Shown piece after piece: positions 9,860 to 18,953 of a stretch of DNA of 64,000 bases. Within the stretch, counting starts at the first letter, position 1; every line of letters begins with the position of its first letter. The position numbers and the translations under genes were made by a program. Source of the DNA: Candidatus Latescibacterota bacterium (lineage in GTDB: Bacteria; Latescibacterota; UBA2968; UBA8231); assembly GCA_965223905.1 (NCBI GenBank), contig CBDCXV010000001.1:128001-192000 (forward strand), in the 5' to 3' direction. The notes under the pieces are model-generated. The model was not told the DNA's origin, made no database searches, and saw only the letters and a program-made list of their open reading frames with translations.

Positions 9860-11860
9860 TTAGTACGCCACGGAGATTACGCCGCTCCGCTCGTCGCGCC
9901 GTTCATCCGTCTCCACCGAGATGAAATAGATGTAGTTCCCCGGCGGAACCAGTTGGTCCCCGTCGTCACTTCCATCCCAGAACCATTCGTGCCTGCCGCT
10001 GAGGAGGGGGCCCCTCTGCAGCCGCCGAACCGTGCGACCGGCGAGGTCGTAGAGCGTGACCTGGGATTCGCCCGCCTCGCTCAGGTGGAGTAGCGCATAG
10101 GAAAGGACAGCCTGATCGTTGATCTGGTCCCCATTTGGGGTCAACACGCGGGGCGTCACCTGCAAGGCGTCGATAAGCTGTCCGCTTAAGGGGAAGGTCA
10201 CCGCAACCCCGCTGCCGGTGTAGAGACTGGAAGCATCGCCCCCGTCCACGAGCTGACGGACCTCGTCCAAGTCCTGGTCGAAAATCCAACTCCTGAACTC
10301 CGCGCCGTATCTGACTACCTGAGCCTCGAAAACGACTTCCAAGGGCGTCTTCGACTTCTCGATTCCCTGGAGTTGCTCGAAGTGCACGATGAGCCGGTCG
10401 TCGAGTATCTCAAGCGCGTCTGTTCGGGGAAGGCACGGAGCACACACGGTATCGGCGCCGACCCGCAGAGAGCGGACGGACGAAGGCCTCACGAATGTCT
10501 CGATCTCCAGGCTGTCGAAGCCGAGGTTGGTGTCTGTGAGCGTGGGTAGAACGGTGTAGGTAAAGACCGTATCCACGCCCGCCTGCACCTCGCGGGGGAA
10601 TATTTCGGCTACAGCCCGGCTGGCACTGGGCGGTTTGGAGAAGTCGAAGCCGACCGCCTCCAGCCGGGCGCCGTCGGTGATGGTGTTGTGGAAATCGATG
10701 CGGAACTGGAAGTAGCGCGCCGGCCCCGGGGACGTCAGCGGCACGCCCTCCACGCCACGGTCGAAATCGTAAGGCGGCGACCAGAAACTCCAGTTTTCGG
10801 TGTCGTATTCCCTGGGTCCGCGCTGGGTAGGCGGCAGTCTGTTGAAATCTCTCAGCGTCAGCGGCCGGCCGTCCAATGTCAGCGCGGCCATCTCGTCTCC
10901 CCGCCCCGGAATCCACCAGTAGACACTCGGATCCGGTGGGTCCTCGTCAAGGCCGGTTCGGGTCCGGATGACCACGCGGGCGTTCTCGTCTTTTGAACCG
11001 AGCCAGTGCAGCCGGCCCCAGCTGGCCTGCGTGCCGGGTAGATCCGGAAACACCTGAGATATATCGATGATCTCGGAGATGTAGGTTGCCTTTGGAACAA
11101 AACCTTCGCCGTAGATTTCAAGCTCGGCGATTTCCGCGGGCTTGCGGTTCGAGAACCGGAAGGCTTCCCTGGGATTCCGGGCGCGATTCTGCTGCTTGAT
11201 GGAGACATGACGGACCAGGCGGAGTGGAAACTCGGAGACGACTTCCCAATCCGTATTCTCGGTCTCCATGCGAATCTCGCAAGGCAGCGGCTCACAGTAC
11301 TCGTCCCATCTTGGGCTGCCCCCACCGGTGAGATTCTGTGGATCGCCATCGTTTACGTAGAGGGTGAACCAGTCGATGGTCTTCGTGACCCGATCCGGGT
11401 GGGTGTAGAACCGGATGCGATTGACCGGGAAGACGCCGCCCAGATCCAGTTTCGGCCAGCATAAAAATTTGGTGACCGGGAACACGAAAAAGGTCTCGAT
11501 ATTCCCGTCCAAGGCCGGGGAAAAATCGCAGAATTCGGAGGAAAGCCTGCCGCCCCGCTCCTCATACCCCAGACTCAGGTTGATGTCTGGCGTCACGGAG
11601 AACGGGGCCACGTGGGTCGCGGAAATGTCGAGCTGGATCATTCCGCGGGTAGTCTTGTTGAAGTCGGGGTAGATGCCCTCCTCCCCGTGTGCCGCGGTCT
11701 CCATCCAGCCGCGCGTCTCCTTCTCCAGTCCCGGGGACGTGGGCCACAGCCCATCGGTCGAACCGATAACGAGCAGGGCACGCGCCAGTGTTCCTTCGGG
11801 AAGGGCGAGGCTGAAGAGCGTTGCCGCCAGAAGGAGACAGGAGAAGCCTTTTGCATTCAT
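9860..11860 (-). CDS. Secreted multidomain protein (discoidin-like, Ig-like, C-terminal FlgD-Ig/type-B-CTD-like), paralog A
   Basis: Signal peptide MNAKGFSCLLLAATLF; LDLGGVFPVNRIRFY; EIYGEGFVP; WSFWSPPY; TPNGDQIND...LYDLAGRTVR...WDGSDDGDQLVPPGNY...VAY. Confidence 0.8.
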   Translation of the reverse strand: MNAKGFSCLLLAATLFSLALPEGTLARALLVIGSTDGLWPTSPGLEKETRGWMETAAHGEEGIYPDFNKTTRGMIQLDISATHVAPFSVTPDINLSLGYEERGGRLSSEFCDFSPALDGNIETFFVFPVTKFLCWPKLDLGGVFPVNRIRFYTHPDRVTKTIDWFTLYVNDGDPQNLTGGGSPRWDEYCEPLPCEIRMETENTDWEVVSEFPLRLVRHVSIKQQNRARNPREAFRFSNRKPAEIAELEIYGEGFVPKATYISEIIDISQVFPDLPGTQASWGRLHWLGSKDENARVVIRTRTGLDEDPPDPSVYWWIPGRGDEMAALTLDGRPLTLRDFNRLPPTQRGPREYDTENWSFWSPPYDFDRGVEGVPLTSPGPARYFQFRIDFHNTITDGARLEAVGFDFSKPPSASRAVAEIFPREVQAGVDTVFTYTVLPTLTDTNLGFDSLEIETFVRPSSVRSLRVGADTVCAPCLPRTDALEILDDRLIVHFEQLQGIEKSKTPLEVVFEAQVVRYGAEFRSWIFDQDLDEVRQLVDGGDASSLYTGSGVAVTFPLSGQLIDALQVTPRVLTPNGDQINDQAVLSYALLHLSEAGESQVTLYDLAGRTVRRLQRGPLLSGRHEWFWDGSDDGDQLVPPGNYIYFISVETDERRDERSGVISVAY

Positions 11861-12019
11861 CGGGCAAAACTCCCTTTGTCGAGATACCTCCTGGTGGAGG
11901 TAGAGCAGACCCCACAAAAGGGCGAAGAAACCAAGTTGAGGGCGGTGATCCAGGGACGACCGGAATGCCAGCGGTAGTGCTGTTTTAAGGTTTGCAACAC
12001 CGCGGGTGCATCATGTTGG

Positions 12020-15000
12020 TCAATAGGCCACGCTCACGACCCGGACCAGGGCGGTATCAGAGCCCGAGTCGCTGTCCACGTGGATGCGGCACAAATAGAG
12101 CCCGGGCGGCACCAAGTCTCCGGCGGCGGTCCGACCGTCCCACTCCAGCACCTCCTCGCCGCCCCTGCCCAGAGTCGACTCCACGGCCACCACCTCACCA
12201 CCGAGGGTAAAAAAACGGGCCTCGATCGGGCGCGGTACGTTGATGTTCACCACCGACAGCACCATGCGCAGACGATCATTGATGCCGTCGCCATTTGGTG
12301 TGAACGGATTGGAGGTGATTTCCAGACTGTGCAGGGCGCGTTGCGCGATCGGGGAAAACACGGACGTACCATGGCCCTCGATCCGCTCCATTGCGTCCCC
12401 CGGGTCCACTCGCTGCCACGATCCGGGTATTCGGGAGTTGGCCACTTCAGACGAAAAGGTCGTGCCGTTCAGGAAGATTCGGGAGCGGAAGCGCAGCTCA
12501 ACCACCTCGCCTTCGCGCACGACTACCCCTTTCCGATTGCCCAGGCGATTGTAACGGCTCCGGGTCAGCGGCTCTCCGTCGTTGTCCAAGGCTACCTCCT
12601 CGCCTTGGAAGAGCTGTCGGAAGTAGCGCACCGGTCCCTGCGATGCGAAGGGCAGCTTGCCGTAGGTTCCCTTGTCCACCAGGCGCAGAATGGAAACAGG
12701 GGTCGCCCCGCTGCTGTCCATACCCGCGACCTCGAAGTATTCGATGCGACCCTGCTCCTCTGCCGGCAGCTGAGTATACTCATACCGCGAGAGAGGGCCG
12801 CCGGACTTGTTGAGCGGGGCCTCATCCCCGGCCAGGGCGATGCGATGGTACACCGGCTCCAGATCGGCATTCACCTCCACCAGTTCGGGAAGCTTGATCC
12901 ATATACTGTCGGGCCCGGTGGGTCGGACTTCGAGAGCCTCTCCCGATTTATTGGCAAATGTGCCGCCACCATCGTCCCCGAATACCTCGACTTCGTCTCC
13001 CGGAAGTCCTTCGCCCCCCAGCAACTCCTCCCGTCCCCCCAGACGCACTTCGATCAACGCCATCTCCGTCCGCTGCGAGGCCATTACCCGGATCTCGTCG
13101 AAACGGGGGCTCGCATCCGGCTGCTCCACGAACAACGGCCGCACATACAGCGAAAACGTGTCGGCTTCAACGCTGCGCACCTCCATCCGGGGCGTGATTT
13201 CGGCAACCAGCTGCCGCGCCAGGGGATCGGTGAGGTGCACGATCAGCGAATCCAGCGTCGCAAACAGATCCGGCCGGCTCGACCGCAACTTGGCCTGCAG
13301 CTTGAGAAACCGCCTCGGCGAAGGCGACAGAAAAGCGTCTCCGGGATGCTCATACGCCTTGCTCCACGGGCTCCAGTCCACCCCGGGAGCGTAGGTTGCA
13401 GTCGAATCGCCGCGACGCGACGCGACCTTTCTGGAATACTGCTGGCGCGTGATTTCCTTGCCGTTCGAGTCGAAAAAGTGCCATTCCGGGATCAGCTCGT
13501 TCCCGGTCTGGGTGCGGATCTCGATACCGGTTCCCGGCGGGGTCTCGCCGACCCATGACACCCGCGTCAGGTTGCGCTCTTGGGACCCGCCGTCACTGTT
13601 CTTGAACTCGATGAGCGGCGAGGTAAGCGTCACCTCGGGAACATACCCTTCCCCGAACAATTGGATCTCGGAAAACGGCCGTTCCTCTCCGTGGACGGCC
13701 GTATACCTGCCGGTACCGTCGAGATGCCTGACTTCAAGGAAGCGAACCGGGCGCGATTCGAAGCGGTCCTCGAAATACAGCACCTTTGAAGCATTGATTT
13801 CGCGCTCCACCGGACTGATGGAATCCCAGACCAGGGTCCTGTCCGAAGCCCTGGATCCGTCCGAGACCCGCGTTACATACCCGTGTAACCAGGCTCTCAT
13901 GTTACTGAATTCAGGGAAGGGGAGAAGGCGGACGGTGTCGATCCAGAACGTGGACCCGAGGTCGGCCGTCATCCGCCCGCCCTTTGTGGCCGCGGGTCCC
14001 TCGGCAGCGAAGACCGGGGCCAACCAGAAGGTGCCCCACTGCCCGTCGAATGCATTCAAGGCCACTTGTCTAGTGGCAGCGTCGCCGGTAACCTCGATCG
14101 CCCCGCCCCTCTCCAGGATCCCCAGACCCAGGTTGTCCCCAAGCGTGTGAACCTCCACGTCCGCCAGTCGCGGCCGCTCCCGCCGGTAGAACCGCACCGT
14201 ATCCTGGCGCTCAGGGTTGGCCTCGAATTCGCGCTTGCTGGCCCGGTTGGCCCCCCCGTCCATACTCTTCAGGTAGTAATCCACGGCGCCCCGCTGCACC
14301 GCGGGCAGGGCGGCGTGAGCGGCCCTGCTGATCTCCTCGGCCCGGTCGAGGTTGCTGTCGGTCACCACGATCCGCACGTACTGCACCGGCATTCCGGTGA
14401 AACCTTGCACTGCAACGTCGTCCGGCTCGAGCAGATACTCGAACAGCCGCTGGTCGCGCACCCCACGGGTCGTACCCCCGATGATGCGGTAGTTCATCAA
14501 CTGTTTGTTGCCAAAGGCAAAGTCCCCCCTGCTTGCCAGCACCCTGAACTGAAAAAACGGATCGCCCAGATCCTCCTCGACGAAACGCAAAACGATCTTC
14601 TCCGCTGCCACCAGTCGGCCGAGATCCAGCTCCAGCCACCACTCGTTCGGCGGCCGGTCCAGATCCGGACCCCAGAAGGTCTCGAAGCGATCTGCACCCC
14701 GGTCGATCGCACCCCCCGCCCGCGCCTGGTTGCAGCCCGCATCCTTGATGCCGCCCCGAGCAAGGAGAGCCGACCCCTTCTCGAAGGTGTTGATGAAAAA
14801 ATCCTTCTGTGTGTTCTCGATGGGATGGGTGAATGAGGCGGCCTCGCTCACCGCGTCCACCTTTTTTCTGATCAATTTCGGTCGGAACTGTCCCGCCCGG
14901 GTGATTTCCACCGCATCCTGGCGGCTCTCGCCGACTGGCTCCTGCAGATCCCCCAGGCTCCACTCGTTCCAGTCCCGCTCCCGGGCCACTGTAAGCCGCT

Positions 15001-15094
15001 GGCCGTGCAACTGGAAGCCTTGGGCGAACACCGAACCAGTCCAGAGCGCAAAGGCCAATCCCAGGAACGCGGCTTTTTTCAAATTTTCATGCAT
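12020..15094 (-). CDS. Secreted multidomain protein with two discoidin-like domains and FlgD-Ig/type-B-CTD-like C-terminus, paralog B
   Basis: Signal peptide; LDLGRLV, ADLGSTFWID; EIQLFGEGYVP; WSPWSKAY; NPFTPNGDGIND...WDGRTAAGDLVPPGLY...VAY. Confidence 0.8.
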   Translation of the reverse strand: MHENLKKAAFLGLAFALWTGSVFAQGFQLHGQRLTVARERDWNEWSLGDLQEPVGESRQDAVEITRAGQFRPKLIRKKVDAVSEAASFTHPIENTQKDFFINTFEKGSALLARGGIKDAGCNQARAGGAIDRGADRFETFWGPDLDRPPNEWWLELDLGRLVAAEKIVLRFVEEDLGDPFFQFRVLASRGDFAFGNKQLMNYRIIGGTTRGVRDQRLFEYLLEPDDVAVQGFTGMPVQYVRIVVTDSNLDRAEEISRAAHAALPAVQRGAVDYYLKSMDGGANRASKREFEANPERQDTVRFYRRERPRLADVEVHTLGDNLGLGILERGGAIEVTGDAATRQVALNAFDGQWGTFWLAPVFAAEGPAATKGGRMTADLGSTFWIDTVRLLPFPEFSNMRAWLHGYVTRVSDGSRASDRTLVWDSISPVEREINASKVLYFEDRFESRPVRFLEVRHLDGTGRYTAVHGEERPFSEIQLFGEGYVPEVTLTSPLIEFKNSDGGSQERNLTRVSWVGETPPGTGIEIRTQTGNELIPEWHFFDSNGKEITRQQYSRKVASRRGDSTATYAPGVDWSPWSKAYEHPGDAFLSPSPRRFLKLQAKLRSSRPDLFATLDSLIVHLTDPLARQLVAEITPRMEVRSVEADTFSLYVRPLFVEQPDASPRFDEIRVMASQRTEMALIEVRLGGREELLGGEGLPGDEVEVFGDDGGGTFANKSGEALEVRPTGPDSIWIKLPELVEVNADLEPVYHRIALAGDEAPLNKSGGPLSRYEYTQLPAEEQGRIEYFEVAGMDSSGATPVSILRLVDKGTYGKLPFASQGPVRYFRQLFQGEEVALDNDGEPLTRSRYNRLGNRKGVVVREGEVVELRFRSRIFLNGTTFSSEVANSRIPGSWQRVDPGDAMERIEGHGTSVFSPIAQRALHSLEITSNPFTPNGDGINDRLRMVLSVVNINVPRPIEARFFTLGGEVVAVESTLGRGGEEVLEWDGRTAAGDLVPPGLYLCRIHVDSDSGSDTALVRVVSVAY

Positions 15095-15102
15095 CGTCGG
15101 AG

Positions 15103-15141
15103 AAAAAAAAGCGAGGGAGGCCTTACATCCTCCCTCGCTTT
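15103..15141 (-). terminator. Rho-independent terminator after the 15196-16095 gene, just upstream of the paralog B start
   Basis: Minus strand AAAGCGAGGGAGG-ATGTAAGG-CCTCCCTCGC followed by TTTTTTTT. Confidence 0.85.
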
Positions 15142-15195
15142 CAGGCAGTTACGCCTCTTCTTCAGTGCCGATTTTACTTCTATCTACCCTTCCAC

Positions 15196-16095
15196 CTAGT
15201 GGAAGCGGGACTTCAACCGGCCCCAGGTCTCATTCTCGACCGCTGTATCTTCGGCGGGGGCGAGGAAGAAATCGCTCGTATCGTTGCCGCCGTCGAAACC
15301 TCCGGTGGCCCAGAAGCCGTCGTAGGTGTTATTGGGGCCGTCTTCCACGGGCGGGTTGTCGCCCAATGGTCCGTCGAAGTCCGCGAAGACCATGGAGAAG
15401 CCCACTGTCCCGCCCGTCTCGAAGTCGCTCCTGGTGGCTGCGCTGAGATCTTCGTTGTGGATCAGCACGTCCCACGCGGCGAGGCTGATCTCGTAGAAGT
15501 AGGTGCTCTCGCCAAATTCGTCGCCCTCGAACGACCAGGTGATGTTCATGTACGGCGGCAACGCAGCTTCCGGTTGTTTGTTTTCGCCAACCACACTGTT
15601 CGCCGCGTTGGGTCCGCCTTCGACCGGGGGCACCATGACACCCCACCACTGATACCCGTGATTTTTCGCAAGTGCTCTGGTCTCGTCGTCGACGTCCTCC
15701 ACCTTACCCCAATCCTCTATGTGGGGACTCCCGTCGTGATTGCCGTCGATGTGGAGCTCGACCGTGTCGTCTCTGATGCCATCGTCCGACTCGTGAAAGT
15801 CATCGAACACCCAACCGGCTACATAGAACAAGTCGTTGTTCGGGTTGTACCCCACCTTGAAGCGGATATCGAGGTCGTCCTTCTCGATCTCATATTGATA
15901 AATGACGTCATACGTGATATCGGTCGTGATGGCATACGCCTGATCGGGAACGATGTCCCACTCACTTATGTCCCCGTCAAGGGTGGGCAGCATGCCGTCC
16001 GGCCACAGGAACGCGTTGAACTCCAAGCCATCGTGTGCCCGCATCGGAGTGGCCAAAAAAGCTGTGGCCAAACACAACAACAAGATTTTACTCAT
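15196..16095 (-). CDS. Secreted acidic CBM9/DOMON-like putative ligand-binding protein with C-terminal VENETWGRLK tag
   Basis: Signal peptide MSKILLLCLATAFLATPMRA-H; PTLDGDISEW, DTVELHIDGNHDG, VGFSMVFADFD; GAGGAGG RBS. Confidence 0.75.
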   Translation of the reverse strand: MSKILLLCLATAFLATPMRAHDGLEFNAFLWPDGMLPTLDGDISEWDIVPDQAYAITTDITYDVIYQYEIEKDDLDIRFKVGYNPNNDLFYVAGWVFDDFHESDDGIRDDTVELHIDGNHDGSPHIEDWGKVEDVDDETRALAKNHGYQWWGVMVPPVEGGPNAANSVVGENKQPEAALPPYMNITWSFEGDEFGESTYFYEISLAAWDVLIHNEDLSAATRSDFETGGTVGFSMVFADFDGPLGDNPPVEDGPNNTYDGFWATGGFDGGNDTSDFFLAPAEDTAVENETWGRLKSRFH

Positions 16096-16140
16096 AACGT
16101 CCTCCTCTAAGGTTGGTTGAAAATCCGAGAGGTCGGATTT

Positions 16141-16166
16141 AGTTGATATAGAGCTGAGTTGATATA
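16141..16166. repeat. 10-bp direct repeat AGTTGATATA x2 (period 16) in the divergent promoter region
   Basis: Exact copies at 16141-16150 and 16157-16166. Confidence 0.8.
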
Positions 16167-16192
16167 ATGGTTCATTAAAAACGGGATGTCAA
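16164..16192 (-). promoter_or_regulatory. Sigma70-type promoter for the leftward unit
   Basis: Minus strand TTGACA (16192-16187), 17 nt, CATTAT (16169-16164). Confidence 0.55.
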
Positions 16193-16200
16193 GCAAAACG

Positions 16201-16230
16201 TTGACAAGCCTCCCGTCTCAGTCGTATAAT
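16201..16230 (+). promoter_or_regulatory. Consensus sigma70 promoter for the rightward unit
   Basis: TTGACA (16201-16206), 18 nt, TATAAT (16225-16230). Confidence 0.75.
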
Positions 16231-16348
16231 CCACCCGCATTCTGGAGAATGTGACGCGGCCGGTATAACTATCTGATTTTCAAGAAGATATAAGAATTAA
16301 AATTTAAATCCTGGCGACCGGACTCGCCGGTCTGGCCTGAACGGGTGG

Positions 16349-18766
16349 ATGATCATGCGGTACCTGGCTCTCATGTGCCGCTGCATCGCGAGCTGCGGGT
16401 TCCTCGGGTGGGGTCCCTTTTCCCTCCAGGAGAGTCATGCGTTGGATACCCTCGTCGTCGGTGAGGCCGAACGCCCCTGGATCGAGGGCGGCGGGGATGA
16501 GAACACATCGCCTCCCGGCCTCACGCCGATGTTCCGCCTGACCCCCCGCACCGTTGGCACCGGCAACACTCCCGGGGAGGTCGTCGATTTCGCCACCGAT
16601 CCCGACTGGATCGCGCCTACCCAGATCGACCCAGAGCGCAACATTTTCCAGCTCATCCGCGAGCAGGGAGGGGCTTACAGTATCTCTTCCCCAAACAACA
16701 GCGATCTGTCCAGGGCTGAAGCGCGCCAGGTGCTGATCGGCGTCACCGACGGCAGCGCCACGGTCTACCTCCGCAAACCCACCCCGACACAGCCGAACGT
16801 CAATCCGAATGGCGAGCACATCGACATCGACCTGGGCGCCCCCTACGGCCTCGAACGGATCGTGTTCTATCCCAGCTCCTTCTTCCTCTCGGACTTCCTC
16901 AGAGCTTTCGAAATCAAGGTCAACGACGGCACGATTCTCACCGATTCCGGCAACCCCGACTGGCGCGCGACCCCCCTGGCCTTCCGGGAAGGTCTGAATA
17001 CCCGCAGCCGGACCGACGTGCGGATACCGCTTCAGTTCGTGCGCTACATGCGCCTGACGTCTCGGACCGCCATCGGCTTCGAGATCGACGAAATCGAGCT
17101 CCACGGCCGCGGATACGTGCCGACCAGCCGCTACCTCTCCGACATTTTCGATCTGGGAGAGAAAGGCGCCCTGTGGGGCCGTATTCACTGGTCGGCCGAG
17201 GCCGTCGGCGACCCTTCCCGATCCAGCATGTCCGTGCGCACCCGTAGCGGCAGCACCCCCTCCAACCTGGTCTTCACCCGCAGGGTATCGGAGGGAACTC
17301 TGGGCCGGGAACCCTTCCTCGTCGAGATGGATCGGATATCCTACGACCGGGCCCTGGTCGGCTTCGTTCTGGGGCCGGTGGAGGTGCCGGAGCAGACCCT
17401 GGAACCTGCGGACTACAGCCTACTGTCCGAGGAAGTGAGGGAGTGGCTCGATCAACAGGGAGCCGCCTACACAGTGCTCGACGAGGAGGATGACGAGCAA
17501 CCGGCAAACCGGGCGGAATACGATGTGGTCGCACTCGCGCGTCAAGGCCGGGTTTCGTTGGCGGCCCTCCAGATCGATCCGGATATCTACCAGATTTTGG
17601 AAGGCCCGGTCAGGAACTGGCTGCAGGAGCGCGGAGCTCGGTATTTCCGCCGAGCCAACATCGGCGCGGACGTGCCCTACGGCATCGATGGACAGCTGCT
17701 GAACGCCACCACCTACAACCGTCTGCCTGCGGTCCAGCGTGGACCCATGCTGGACGACACCGAGAATTGGAGCCCGTGGTCGGCACCCTACCTGACGAAG
17801 CCAGGCCAGGAGGGGATCCAGATCACCTCCCCCGCCCCCCGGCAGTTCTTTCAATTCGAGATCCGCTTCACCAGCAGGGACCTGGCGTCGGCGCGCCGGG
17901 TAGACTTCCTCTCCTTCGAGGTCTCGTTCCCGCCGGTAGCCCAGTTCCTGGTTGCGGAGATCTTCCCGCGCCAGGTACAGCCCGGCGTGAGCGTGGAATT
18001 CGTGTATGCGGTGCGGACCTCGCTGGTTCCCTCCGACCCGGGATACGACAGCTTCGAGATTCGGACCTCGACCCCCATCGAGCGCCTTGAAGAGATCCAG
18101 ATCCTCGATGCGCAGGGAGCCATCCTGGACGAACAGGTTTTCGGAGTAGACGTGGAGGGGCTGGCCCTTCCTTACTCACCAGATGGGCACGAAGAATGGG
18201 CTCTGGTATCCGTGGATCCCACCCGCTTCCGGGTGCGTTTTCCGAGGATCGATGCCGACGGGACCGTGCTTCGCCTCCGTTTCGTCACATCGGTTCTGCG
18301 CTACGGCCTCACCTTTGACGGCTGGGGGTTCGAGGAGGGATCCGGGGAGCTGCCGCAGCCTGCGGTTCCCGGCAACGTCATACAGCTGGCCCCCAACGAT
18401 GCGGACAACCGTTCGAACCTGACGGTTCTCGTCGACCTGAAGGGGGACCTGCTGCGCGCGGTGCGCGTGGTCCCCAACCCGTTTACGCCGAACGGCGACG
18501 GCGTCAACGATGTCGCCGAGATTCGCTACGACCTGTTCAAACTGACCGAGGCGACGCCAGTTGAGATCGTCATCTACGATCTTTCGGGCCGGCGCATCGA
18601 CGTCGTGGCCGCCCGCGAGATCGAAAGCGGACGCTATGCCGTGCCGTGGAACGGAACCGACAGAGGTGACCGGCTCGTGCCACCCGGGCTGTATCTGTTC
18701 GAAATCCGGATAGAAGCAGACACGAAACCGGAAGAGGCGCTGGGAACAATCGCCGTCGTCTATTGA
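16349..18766 (+). CDS. Secreted multidomain protein with FlgD-Ig/type-B-CTD-like C-terminus, paralog C
   Basis: IDLGAPYGLERIVFYP; EIELHGRGYVP; WSPWSAPY; PNPFTPNGDGVND...IYDLSGRRI...WNGTDRGDRLVPPGLY...VVY. Confidence 0.8.
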   Translation: MIMRYLALMCRCIASCGFLGWGPFSLQESHALDTLVVGEAERPWIEGGGDENTSPPGLTPMFRLTPRTVGTGNTPGEVVDFATDPDWIAPTQIDPERNIFQLIREQGGAYSISSPNNSDLSRAEARQVLIGVTDGSATVYLRKPTPTQPNVNPNGEHIDIDLGAPYGLERIVFYPSSFFLSDFLRAFEIKVNDGTILTDSGNPDWRATPLAFREGLNTRSRTDVRIPLQFVRYMRLTSRTAIGFEIDEIELHGRGYVPTSRYLSDIFDLGEKGALWGRIHWSAEAVGDPSRSSMSVRTRSGSTPSNLVFTRRVSEGTLGREPFLVEMDRISYDRALVGFVLGPVEVPEQTLEPADYSLLSEEVREWLDQQGAAYTVLDEEDDEQPANRAEYDVVALARQGRVSLAALQIDPDIYQILEGPVRNWLQERGARYFRRANIGADVPYGIDGQLLNATTYNRLPAVQRGPMLDDTENWSPWSAPYLTKPGQEGIQITSPAPRQFFQFEIRFTSRDLASARRVDFLSFEVSFPPVAQFLVAEIFPRQVQPGVSVEFVYAVRTSLVPSDPGYDSFEIRTSTPIERLEEIQILDAQGAILDEQVFGVDVEGLALPYSPDGHEEWALVSVDPTRFRVRFPRIDADGTVLRLRFVTSVLRYGLTFDGWGFEEGSGELPQPAVPGNVIQLAPNDADNRSNLTVLVDLKGDLLRAVRVVPNPFTPNGDGVNDVAEIRYDLFKLTEATPVEIVIYDLSGRRIDVVAAREIESGRYAVPWNGTDRGDRLVPPGLYLFEIRIEADTKPEEALGTIAVVY

Positions 18767-18835
18767 GAAGACACCTCATTCGCGGTCGTGGATATCAATG
18801 CGTTGACGAGCCCAGGCCGGGCTTCGAGCCATTGC

Positions 18836-18877
18836 CGGGATTCCTCCATTCTGTCTCGGGATTCCTCCATTCTGTCT
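18836..18877. repeat. Perfect 21-bp tandem repeat x2 (CGGGATTCCTCCATTCTGTCT)
   Basis: Copies at 18836-18856 and 18857-18877, between paralog C and the 901-aa gene. Confidence 0.9.
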
Positions 18878-18953
18878 CCGGAACCGGCGTCGTCAACAGA
18901 CTGATCGGGCCGGTTGTGAGTTTGGAGGGGGTGTATCCGCAGGAGGGCTTTCT

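Noticed and set aside
9860-18766. Flagellar hook-capping FlgD genes
   Set aside because: Only the Ig-like C-terminal module is similar. The proteins are long, have Sec-type signals, and no flagellar genes are present.
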